Part shown: positions 52,351-61,476 of the stretch, in pieces
Layout: the number at the start of each line of letters is the position of its first letter
How positions within the stretch are numbered: position 1 is the stretch's first letter
Origin: Candidatus Poribacteria bacterium
GTDB taxonomy: Bacteria > Poribacteria > WGA-4E > WGA-3G
DNA length: 64,000 nucleotides
Direction: 5' to 3'
NCBI GenBank assembly: GCA_963663765.2
Contig: CAXXUA010000004.1
Coordinates: 736,001-800,000 of the forward strand
Made by a program: the position numbers and the translations under genes
The notes under the pieces: model-generated
The model's input: only the letters and a program-made list of their open reading frames with translations
Database searches by the model: none
Told to the model about the DNA's origin: nothing

Positions 52351-52968
52351 CTATTTTCCCGATGGTATCAAAGAGTTCTTTTCAAGAAATGCGATAACTT
52401 TCTCTGCGGATTCTTTAATTGAAAGTTCTGCTGTATTAACAGCGACTTCTGGTATTGTTGGTGCTTCATAAGGTGCGCTGATACCAGTAAATTCTTTGAT
52501 TTCCCCAGACCGTGCTTTTTTGTACAATCCTTTTGGGTCACGTTCTTCACATACATCAAGCGGACAATCAACATAGACTTCCACAAATCTATTATCAGAT
52601 ATTAATTCCCTTGCTTGGTCACGGTCGGCGCGGTAAGGTGAAATAAATGCTGTCATCACTATCGTGCTTGCATCTACAAAGAGTTTAGCGACTTCACCGA
52701 CACGTCGTATATTTTCTTCTCGGTCCTCTGGAGAGAACCCTAAGTTTTTGTTCAACCCATGACGGACATTGTCTCCATCAAGTACATAAGTGTGATGGTT
52801 GCGCTCGTGTAATAGATATGCTACTGCGTTTGCTAAGGTAGATTTTCCTGAACCTGATAGACCTGTGAACCAAACGACACATCCTTTTTGGTTAAGCAAT
52901 TGTTCGCGATCTTCTGCTGTGACGGTTGTTTCATGCCACGTAATATTAGTTGATTTTTGTACTGACAA
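52351..52968 (-). CDS. cysC: Adenylyl-sulfate kinase
   Basis: WFTGLSGSGKST, LDGDNVR, RDPKGLY, FTGISAPYE. Confidence 0.95.
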   Translation of the reverse strand: MSVQKSTNITWHETTVTAEDREQLLNQKGCVVWFTGLSGSGKSTLANAVAYLLHERNHHTYVLDGDNVRHGLNKNLGFSPEDREENIRRVGEVAKLFVDASTIVMTAFISPYRADRDQARELISDNRFVEVYVDCPLDVCEERDPKGLYKKARSGEIKEFTGISAPYEAPTIPEVAVNTAELSIKESAEKVIAFLEKNSLIPSGK

Positions 52969-53448
52969 TAGTTGTTCCTCGTGATTTCCTGATAATTCTT
53001 TGATATAAATACATCGTTTCTCATAAATGCGGTTTTGTTCAATTTCACAAGAATGTGTGTCTGGTAAATCGGGGTTAGAAATTCCTCTACCATTTATGAG
53101 ATAGGTTGTAGTAAGTTCTAAATTCTGTTTTCAAGACAGTGTGGTTGAAGTTGAATGAATATATAGACGTTTAATTAAATAGTATATCAAATGTAAGTGC
53201 GAAGTGCAAATTTATATTGATCTGAGGGTATGTATAGTTTTTGGTATCTTGTCTGAACCAGGATTTTCTAATCAAGAATCAACGGTATGAATACCTTATG
53301 AAGTTTAATAAATAAATTAGGTAATGCTATCTAACCCACCATGGTAGGCGTGCTTTGTAAGCGCGCTGGCACATCAAGTCCCAACAGTGCGGTTAGGAAA
53401 CCGTACCTACCGGGTTTGGGAAAACTTATACTATCCGTTTAATAACTT

Positions 53449-53605
53449 CAGGACTTACGCAGTTTTCATGATTTGATGAAGAATTATGACGAAAATGGTG
53501 TAATTTTCAGCATTTTTTCGGTTTCCAGCGCCAAATCAACGGTATGAATGCCTTTTGGCATTCCCCGCCTACAAAGCGCGCCTACCGTTGGGTGCGTAAG
53601 TCCTG
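53449..53605. mobile_element. IS701-derived MITE with 35-bp insert (157 bp)
   Basis: AACTT duplication; near-identical inverted copy of 33256-33412. Confidence 0.9.
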
Positions 53606-53804
53606 AACTTAATCTTTATATGGCATTCCCCAGGGTATGAATGCCTCATGATATTCCCCGAGTCGCTCCTACCGAGAGGTTTCTCTATTCAAAATCCGAG
53701 TATATAGGAAAACGAGATAATCCTGCTATAGGAAAAATGTAATTGACTTTACCTTCGACATCTGATAGTATAATATTTCAAATAAATACTTTAGGAGACT
53801 TTTA

Positions 53805-54587
53805 ATGCATAAAAAGTTTATTACAATCGGGATCACTGCAATATTACTTTTAACAGTCAGTTACACTTATGCTTTAGAACAAAAAGATATCTTAGTTTTT
53901 TATTCGTTTGATATTCTTGATGGTAATATGATCAAGGACGAATCTGGAAAAAATCATGATGCCGAGTTAGTTGGAAATGGTGAACTCGTAGATGGAGAAT
54001 TTAATAAAGCAATCCATTTAACAGGTGGGGTCGTACATTTGAGTAATGCTAACGATGTTGTCAAACCCATCAGTGAGAATGGTGAATTTACGTTGGCAGC
54101 ATGGTTCTATTTAAATAGTCATGCGAATTATGATGGTATCGTATCAATTGAGGTGCCAGGTGGAGATTGCTGCGAATTTCGTATGATGGTAGATCCCAAT
54201 TTCAAGCCGTTTTGGGATGCAGCACATCATGTGGATAGAAAGTTGGATAATTTTACATTTGAATTAAATAAATGGTTCCACTACGTTTTAGTCGCTGATG
54301 GTAAGGATGGAAAAATTTTTGTTAACGGTGAATTTGTCGGATCGCAGCAAGAAAATTTTGAGTTTCCAAATTATGAAGAGGCATCAGTTTTCATTGGTGC
54401 GGGAGAAAGTCTCAATAGTCATAAAGTTGAGGACGCGCTTATTGATGAAGTCGCCATCTATTCAAAAGCATTGACTGAAAAAGAAGTTCAATCCTCTATG
54501 GAACTGGGTGTTAAGGGAGCTCTTGCTGTTGAAGCAGAACATAAATTAGCTCTTACTTGGGGCCAACTGAAATCAGAAAATAAATAA
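53805..54587 (+). CDS. Secreted LamG/concanavalin-A-like domain protein with TWG motif
   Basis: DESGKNHD, FTLAAW, WFHYV..D, IDEVAIYSKALT; ends KLALTWGQLKSENK. Confidence 0.85.
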   Translation: MHKKFITIGITAILLLTVSYTYALEQKDILVFYSFDILDGNMIKDESGKNHDAELVGNGELVDGEFNKAIHLTGGVVHLSNANDVVKPISENGEFTLAAWFYLNSHANYDGIVSIEVPGGDCCEFRMMVDPNFKPFWDAAHHVDRKLDNFTFELNKWFHYVLVADGKDGKIFVNGEFVGSQQENFEFPNYEEASVFIGAGESLNSHKVEDALIDEVAIYSKALTEKEVQSSMELGVKGALAVEAEHKLALTWGQLKSENK

Positions 54588-54707
54588 CTTCAATCATTTT
54601 GAGCTGGTAGGATTAGATAGTTTTAACATTTATTATATATTTTTTTGAGAAAATCGCGACCGGGAGGTCGCTCCTACTACGATACTTTTTTATTAAAATA
54701 TTAGGTA

Positions 54708-55443
54708 CAGGACTTACACAGTTTCTTGATTTAATCAGGAATTATGATGAAAATGATGTAATTATCAGCATTTTTACAGGTTTCCGGCGCGCTTACAAAG
54801 CACGCCTACCGTTGGGTGCGTAAGTCCTGATTAGATACAGGACTTACACAGTTTCTTGATTTAATCATGAATTATGATGAAAATGATGTAATTATCAGCA
54901 TTTTTACAGGTTTCCAGCGCGCTTACAAAGCACGCCTACCGTTGGGTGCGTAAGTCCTGATTAGATACAGGACTTACACAGTTTCTTGATTTAATCAGGA
55001 ATTATGATGAAAATGATGTAATTATCAGCATTTTTACAGGTTTCCAGCGCGCTTACAAAGCACGCCTACCGTTGGGTGCGTAAGTCCTGATTAGATACAG
55101 GACTTACACAGTTTCTTGATTTAATCAGGAATTATGATGAAAATGATGTAATTATCAGCATTTTTACAGGTTTCCAGCGCGCTTACAAAGCACGCCTACC
55201 GTTGGGTGCGTAAGTCCTGATTAGATACAGGACTTACACAGTTTCTTGATTTAATCATGAATTATGATGAAAATGATGTAATTATCAGCATTTTTACAGG
55301 TTTCCAGCGCGCTTACAAAGCACCAAATCATGTAATCAACGGTATGAATTCCTTATGGTATTCCCCGGGTATGAATCATGGAGCGTGCCATACGCGCATG
55401 CTTCTTTAGGCATTCACCGCCTACCGTTTTTGCATAAGTCCTG
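54708..55443. repeat. Tandem array of five IS701-derived MITEs (130-bp period)
   Basis: Units start at 54708, 54838, 54968, 55098 and 55228; ATTAGATA linkers; AGGTA flanks the whole array. Confidence 0.9.
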
Positions 55444-55483
55444 AGGTAATTGAATCTTCCTGTTGAAGTGGGGACAGTCATTT

Positions 55484-55936
55484 ATGAAATTCGGATTTTT
55501 ATCACGTATATTTGAAGGTGCTATGAGCATTGAAAAAACTTACAACCAATGTGACAAAGCGTTAGGTGCTTTACGTTCTTATAACGAAAAACAGCAGCAG
55601 GAAAATGTTCCATATTCCGCCTCAGAAAAAACAGAACTTGATAATGTGGTTAACATTGCTATAGAAAATGCAACGCGACTTGTTGAAAAGGAAGGAGAAC
55701 GGAATTGGCCTGGCGTTTTTCGTGAAATGCACAAGAACTTGGCAAATATATATCTGGAACTTGAGGAATATGATAAGGTTCGTGAAGCGTGTGAACGGCT
55801 GCAAAATTATGGAGAAGTCGGAAAACTGGATGCTGAGGAAGTTATTAAAAACCTCAGTGAAAGAGAAAATGGCGATTCAACATCTACTGACACTGCGAAT
55901 CAACCCCGTCCTCCATCTCAAAGTTCAATTCTATAA
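55484..55936 (+). CDS. Hypothetical protein with a TPR-like helix pair
   Basis: Clean ORF MKFGFLSRIF...; HKNLANIYLELEEYDK. Confidence 0.6.
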   Translation: MKFGFLSRIFEGAMSIEKTYNQCDKALGALRSYNEKQQQENVPYSASEKTELDNVVNIAIENATRLVEKEGERNWPGVFREMHKNLANIYLELEEYDKVREACERLQNYGEVGKLDAEEVIKNLSERENGDSTSTDTANQPRPPSQSSIL

Positions 55937-56197
55937 TGTTGGTTATCTATAACAGAATAAACGTCGTTATAGAGACAATCAAGTTTATATATCCTTCCTT
56001 TTAGCATAAATATCAGCAACATATATAGTAGGCTTTAGAATTAATTTCACATTATGTTAGGCAGAATACGCATGTGGTATTCTGTTTTGGTTATGAAATC
56101 GCATTTACCGTTGGAAATGATAAAATCCGTTAATTTTGTATGAGTGTCCCAAGACTTATATTACCCAGTGTTATGCTTCTTTATACTTCTATGAATA

Positions 56198-58084
56198 ATG
56201 GTATTTTTAAATCCTGTTGCGTTCTACCTATTAGCAACTATCCCGATTGTATTTGCGTTGCATTTTTTGAAGTTACGCAGACAACGATATGTTGTGTCAA
56301 GTATACTACTCTGGCGTACAAGTACTGAGGATCAGAAAGCGAATGTACCATTTCAACGACTTCGGAGTTGGTTGGTGCCGTTTCTCCAATGCTTGTTTCT
56401 ACTCCTCATCGTTACCAGTGTTGCGCGTCCTGCTTTGCGAATACCGGGTATCATACACGGAAAGATCATTTATATCGTTGACAATTCTGCCAGCATGCAG
56501 TCAACAGAGATGGGAGAAACCAGACTTTCACTCGCCAAAAAAGAGGTACTGAAACAGATAATACAGGTTTCTGCAAGTGGCGGTATCATGATAATGGTAA
56601 CACATCCATCAACGCAGCATGTTCATCAAACATTTACTACGGATATACAGAAACTGCAGACAGCGATAGAGCACATCCCATCAACACACATTGGTCATTA
56701 TTCTACATCCGTATTTGACCTTGCATCACGTTATGTAGACACAGATCAGGATCAGATTGTTTTTGTTAGCGATTCTATTAAAAATATTCCTACCACATCT
56801 ATTCCTATCAACGCTGTACCTATAGGAATGACTGCTGAAAACATTGGTATTGTTCAATTCTCTATTGAGCGAATGGCAGACCAATACACAGTACTTGCAA
56901 GGATTCAGAATTGGACTGATTCAGAAAGGGAAGTAGACACACGATTAGAGTTGGAAAGTGAAAAACCGATATCTGAAAAAACAGTGAAAATTCCAGCCGG
57001 AGAGGTACAAACCGTATTGTATTCACTCAGTGCTAAAGATTTGGAGGGTATTTCCATAAGTCTCCATCTCGTTGATGTGGCGGACGACTTTGTTGCGGAC
57101 AACAGAGCTTGGGCAATCCTGCAACCGAAACAGCAATTCCGTATCCTGCTTGTAAGTGACCGAAGTCAACCGTTTTTGACACGACTATTGAGTAGTGCAG
57201 GAGACAACATTGAACTAAAGTCAATATCCACTGCTGAATTCCAATCAACAGGGGATACGGATGTTGTAATATTTGATGGAGGAATCTCTAAGTCAAATAA
57301 CTTTATTAACAATACTGGAAGGGAAAGCATTATCTTTATCAACCCAAAAAGTGCCTTACCAATTCTAACTGAAACCGCTTATGATGTTATTTCAACACCT
57401 GTCTCCGTTATCAAAGAGGAAAAAACGCATCCGATTATGCAAGGTATCTCTTTGTTGGGTTTACACATAAAAGAATCTGTCAATAGAGAAATACCGACAT
57501 GGGGTAATGTCATTATTGAAACGGAGAAGGGGCCTTTAATTTGGCTTGGACAAGATGTAGGACGACAATTATTAGTTTTTGAGTTTGACGCTTTCAATCC
57601 AGAAATCTCATCTTTTCCCATCACCATACCAGATGTTGCACTTTTTGTGTATCAATACTTGGAATGGCTTGAGTCCAGAACTGCTCCGATTCAATCCCTT
57701 GCAGTTCAACAAGGAGTTGATGGAATGAGTTTTCGGACAGGAGAGAAATTGAAAATTGAACTACCCAAAAGTGTAACAGGAATTATACAAGTGAAAAAAC
57801 CTGACGGGACTATAGTTAATTTGGAAAATGATGTATTCACAGAAACAGATCAAGTTGGTGTTTATTCAGTGTATGTTGAAAACGTCTTATATGACCGATT
57901 TGCGCTGAACTTACTTGATGAAACAGAATCCACTCTCTCATCCATCAACCCAGAAATCAACATACAAAAACCTGTAGATAATATAAAAACGTTGAAACCA
58001 CTCATGCAAGAGGTATGGCAATGGGTTGTACTATTCGCTGTCGGTTTCCTCTTGTGTGAGTGGTGGTGCTATCACCGAAGCTAA
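56198..58084 (+). CDS. BatA N-terminal / vWA domain membrane protein
   Basis: FLNP..LHFLK..VSSILLW, IVDNSASM (MIDAS), VSD, C-terminal TM ending EWW. Confidence 0.85.
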   Translation: MVFLNPVAFYLLATIPIVFALHFLKLRRQRYVVSSILLWRTSTEDQKANVPFQRLRSWLVPFLQCLFLLLIVTSVARPALRIPGIIHGKIIYIVDNSASMQSTEMGETRLSLAKKEVLKQIIQVSASGGIMIMVTHPSTQHVHQTFTTDIQKLQTAIEHIPSTHIGHYSTSVFDLASRYVDTDQDQIVFVSDSIKNIPTTSIPINAVPIGMTAENIGIVQFSIERMADQYTVLARIQNWTDSEREVDTRLELESEKPISEKTVKIPAGEVQTVLYSLSAKDLEGISISLHLVDVADDFVADNRAWAILQPKQQFRILLVSDRSQPFLTRLLSSAGDNIELKSISTAEFQSTGDTDVVIFDGGISKSNNFINNTGRESIIFINPKSALPILTETAYDVISTPVSVIKEEKTHPIMQGISLLGLHIKESVNREIPTWGNVIIETEKGPLIWLGQDVGRQLLVFEFDAFNPEISSFPITIPDVALFVYQYLEWLESRTAPIQSLAVQQGVDGMSFRTGEKLKIELPKSVTGIIQVKKPDGTIVNLENDVFTETDQVGVYSVYVENVLYDRFALNLLDETESTLSSINPEINIQKPVDNIKTLKPLMQEVWQWVVLFAVGFLLCEWWCYHRS

Positions 58085-58666
58085 CCCTTCAAGAACCCGA
58101 ACTACCAATGTCTCTTTCCGCATTGCACCGGCAAATCTCGTAACCATTTTGCCATTATAAAATAAAATATAGGTTGGTGTGCCACGTATATGATGTGCTG
58201 TTGTTTGCACTGGATTGTCATTAACTTCTAACTTTGCTACTGTAAAAACGTCACGATACTCTAAAGCAACTTCAGAAACCACCGGTCTCATCAATATACA
58301 GTAAATTCAGTAGACTGAGTGGAATTCAACTAAAATGGGAAGTGATGCATTATTGAGAGTAGCGTTAAAAGTTGCGTCAGTGATTTCAAGCGGAAAGCCA
58401 GAATACTTACCAAAATGGCTTGCTATCAATTGCAGATCAAGTATGTTGATATCACCATCACCGTTTATGTCTGGATTAGGTGTCTGATCTTCTACTGGTA
58501 TCTCACCAAATTGTGAAGCGACATAGACTAAATCAAGGATGTTAATGACTCCATCCGTATTTACATCAGATGCAAGTAGACTATCAAAATCTGTTTCATC
58601 TTGAGCAGAAACTACAGAAAATAGACAAATTGCAAGCAATAAACATATCCATTTTTTCATAAGCAT
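58031..58666 (-). CDS. Secreted dockerin-thioredoxin, predicted selenoprotein (UxxC; UGA at 58307-58309)
   Basis: The two ORFs are in frame: signal peptide, two dockerin loops, ...PILVEFHSVY-U-IYC-ILMRP...IRGTPT; SECIS-like hairpin follows the UGA. Confidence 0.8.
58275..58289 (-). promoter_or_regulatory. Putative bacterial SECIS apical hairpin
   Basis: GAGACC-GGU-GGUUUC, G-first loop about 23 nt 3' of the UGA. Confidence 0.55.
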
Positions 58667-58672
58667 TTTCCT

Positions 58673-60043
58673 TTACATAAGCAATAGATAGGGATTTTGA
58701 ATATATTTGGACACGTTTTGAAGGAACTGTGCGGCAGGTGCACCGTCCACTATACGGTGATCAAACGTCAAGCTGAGTGCTAACATGCTCCGTATTGTGA
58801 TTTCATCTTCGTGGACAATAGGTTTCTTTGCTATCCGACCAACACCGAGAATTGCACACTCAGGTGGATTGATGATCGGTGTAAATGCATCAATACCAAA
58901 ATTACCGAGATTTGTTATCGTGAAAGTACCACCTTGCAGTTCACCTGGAGTGAGTTGATTGTTACGTGCCTTGTCTGCTAAGGTTTTTACCTGTTCGGAG
59001 ATAGCACGCAAACCGATCTGATCAACGCTTCGTATTACAGGTACGACAAGACCATCTTCTAATGCTACTGCAACTCCGATGTTGATGTCTGATAACAACT
59101 CAATCCCTTCTTCTGTGAGTATAGCATTTAGTCTTGGGTGTTCCCGTAATGCTGCAGCAACTATCTTGACTAGTAGATCGGTATAGGTAAGGTTAACTTC
59201 GTCCTTTTGTAGTTCGTCATTGAACAGTGTTCGTAATTCAACGAGTGTTGTCGCGTCAACTTCTGTGTGCAATGTGACACTTGCATTCGTCTGCAGGCTC
59301 ATTGTCATGCGTTCTGCAATAATCTTCCGCATGCCGCTAAGTTTAATCACTTCTGATTCAATAGTTTCAGGACGAAATACTTGCGGGGGTATCTTATCGG
59401 TGACTTGGAGTACATCATCACGTACAATTCTGCCATCTGGACCGGAACCATTGATTGTTGTGAGGTCAAGACCGAATTCCTTTGCTAACCTCCGCGCAAG
59501 AGGCGAAGCTTTAAGGCGCGTTGATTCAGTAGAAACCTGTCCTCTGGTCTCAATAAAACGGTGGACATCATCTTCAAGAATACGACCCCCCGGACCAGAT
59601 GGTTTTACATGTGTTAAATCAATTTTGAGTTTCTCTGCTAACTGTTGAGCAGATGGAGATGCTTTGGTTGGGATTGTCGTTTGGGTAGGACGTAGTGGCG
59701 GCGTTTTTGTTGCAGCAGAAGATGTTGATTCAGTCTGCTCAGGTGCTTCTGACACAGGTAATGCAGTTGCAGTATTTGCCACTATACGTTCAACTTCCTC
59801 TCCTGGTGCTGCAATAATCGCTAACAACGCGTTGACAGGGACATTGCTGCCTTCTTCTGGCAGTATCTGAGCAATAATGCCGTCCATAGGAGCTTCCTGC
59901 TCATGAACAACTTTGTCTGTTTCAATCTCCAACAGGGGTTGTCCTTCGGTAACGGTATCTCCTTCCTTAACAAGCCATTTTCCGATTTTTCCCTTTGTCA
60001 TTGTTTGATCCATTTGAAGCATTCTTAGTTCAACAGCCATCAA
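58673..60043 (-). CDS. 2-oxoacid/acetoin dehydrogenase E2 (dihydrolipoamide acyltransferase)
   Basis: Lipoyl EIETDKV, two ASP.A..LA...G.GP.GRI PSBD modules, DHRIVDG. Confidence 0.92.
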   Translation of the reverse strand: MMAVELRMLQMDQTMTKGKIGKWLVKEGDTVTEGQPLLEIETDKVVHEQEAPMDGIIAQILPEEGSNVPVNALLAIIAAPGEEVERIVANTATALPVSEAPEQTESTSSAATKTPPLRPTQTTIPTKASPSAQQLAEKLKIDLTHVKPSGPGGRILEDDVHRFIETRGQVSTESTRLKASPLARRLAKEFGLDLTTINGSGPDGRIVRDDVLQVTDKIPPQVFRPETIESEVIKLSGMRKIIAERMTMSLQTNASVTLHTEVDATTLVELRTLFNDELQKDEVNLTYTDLLVKIVAAALREHPRLNAILTEEGIELLSDINIGVAVALEDGLVVPVIRSVDQIGLRAISEQVKTLADKARNNQLTPGELQGGTFTITNLGNFGIDAFTPIINPPECAILGVGRIAKKPIVHEDEITIRSMLALSLTFDHRIVDGAPAAQFLQNVSKYIQNPYLLLM

Positions 60044-60049
60044 CTTCTC

Positions 60050-60364
60050 CTATTTTCTTGATGTATCCTCCATAGGTTTTTCTATGAGTTGTAAGAGGCG
60101 TTCTAAGTTCTCATCTTTTTCCAGAATGAGGGCAATTTTTTGGTATTGATCCCCTTTGAAAAACGCCTGCACAAAAGGACTAAAGGCAATCAGCAACTGT
60201 GATCCCAAAAAGTTCAGCGGTTTCCCTGTTTCAAGGAAAATAATTGCCGGTGCGGTAAGATTGCGGCGTTTAATCCATAGTGCCAGTTTTTCTAACAAAG
60301 CGTGTTGTTCTTCTTCCGGTATATCTTCAAGTATACTCGGAATTTCTTGGTTTGGGTTGTACAT
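60050..60364 (-). CDS. Hypothetical protein
   Basis: Tightly spaced in the operon; PAIIFLETGKPLNFLGSQ. Confidence 0.7.
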   Translation of the reverse strand: MYNPNQEIPSILEDIPEEEQHALLEKLALWIKRRNLTAPAIIFLETGKPLNFLGSQLLIAFSPFVQAFFKGDQYQKIALILEKDENLERLLQLIEKPMEDTSRK

Positions 60365-60410
60365 TATATGTACCTACACGATACAATAGGAGTGTAAGAT
60401 TTTCTCAGTC

Positions 60411-61451
60411 TTATATTTCTAAATCGTTTAAATAATCGGCAATGTGCTTTGGTTGACCATCCAGTGTTGTTTCAATTGCGGCGATAACAAGAACGAAACT
60501 CTTGATGTTGTCCTCAATCCGCGTTGCTGAAGGTTTGCCGCCATCAAGCCAGTTCAAAAACTCATCAAAAAGGAAATGATGTGCATGATAACGCATTTCT
60601 GGAGCATTATACACTTCACTTTCTCCACCAACTTTATGGATAGTGATTTGATCATGGTCCGAGATTTCTACAGTGCCTTCCTCAAATTCAGCGCGGTAAT
60701 GTTCATAATTCCATCTTTTAGTGAGGCCTGCTGCTGAGCTGTTGCCCTCGTAGGCAGCATGAACCCCGTTGTTCATTCGCATGAGATAATATCCGCTGGA
60801 ATAATGCTTGAAACTTGACCATTCTGGATTCCAACCGAATCCTAACAAAGTTTCACAATCTCCACCAGAGAGAAATCTTAGCATGTCAAGGTGATGTACA
60901 GATCCCTCAATGAGGAGCGGGTAATTCATATCGTGTCGCCACGCCTTGCTCCAAGACTTGTAGCGACGTAAGTCGCAGGCATACCATCCAACTATATGCT
61001 GTAATCCTCCCAAGCGACCTTCCTCACGAATACGGACAATTTCCTGTTTATTGTTATTATATCGGTAGTTTTGTATAATCACACAAGGCAAACCAGTTTT
61101 CTGTGATGTGCGTACCATTGCTTTTGCTGCGTCTAAAGTATCGGCAATCGGCTTTTCACATAAAACTGGCATACCGTTTTCCATAGCTGCAATTGCAGCA
61201 GGACTGTGAAATTTAGGTGGGGTCGCCACACCACAGAAATCTGCTTTGACCGAGGCACACGCTTCATTAAAATCTGTAAATAGTTGCGATTTACTTAAGC
61301 CTAAATATTCACGCTGCGTTTTTAGGACTTCAGGATTGATGTCTGCTACACCTACAAATTCTACACGGTCACCAAAATATGTGCTGAAGTGGTCTATCCA
61401 GCGACCCCCCATTCCACTTCCACCAATCATCAAACATGTTTTCTTAGCCAT
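60411..61451 (-). CDS. Gfo/Idh/MocA family oxidoreductase
   Basis: MIGGSGMG, CEKP, HHLD. Confidence 0.9.
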   Translation of the reverse strand: MAKKTCLMIGGSGMGGRWIDHFSTYFGDRVEFVGVADINPEVLKTQREYLGLSKSQLFTDFNEACASVKADFCGVATPPKFHSPAAIAAMENGMPVLCEKPIADTLDAAKAMVRTSQKTGLPCVIIQNYRYNNNKQEIVRIREEGRLGGLQHIVGWYACDLRRYKSWSKAWRHDMNYPLLIEGSVHHLDMLRFLSGGDCETLLGFGWNPEWSSFKHYSSGYYLMRMNNGVHAAYEGNSSAAGLTKRWNYEHYRAEFEEGTVEISDHDQITIHKVGGESEVYNAPEMRYHAHHFLFDEFLNWLDGGKPSATRIEDNIKSFVLVIAAIETTLDGQPKHIADYLNDLEI

Positions 61452-61476
61452 AAATGTCCTATCTGAAATACAATAT

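Noticed and set aside
54708-55443. CRISPR array
   Set aside because: Whole 130-bp units are near-identical with no unique spacers; the units are TIR-bounded MITEs and no cas genes are present
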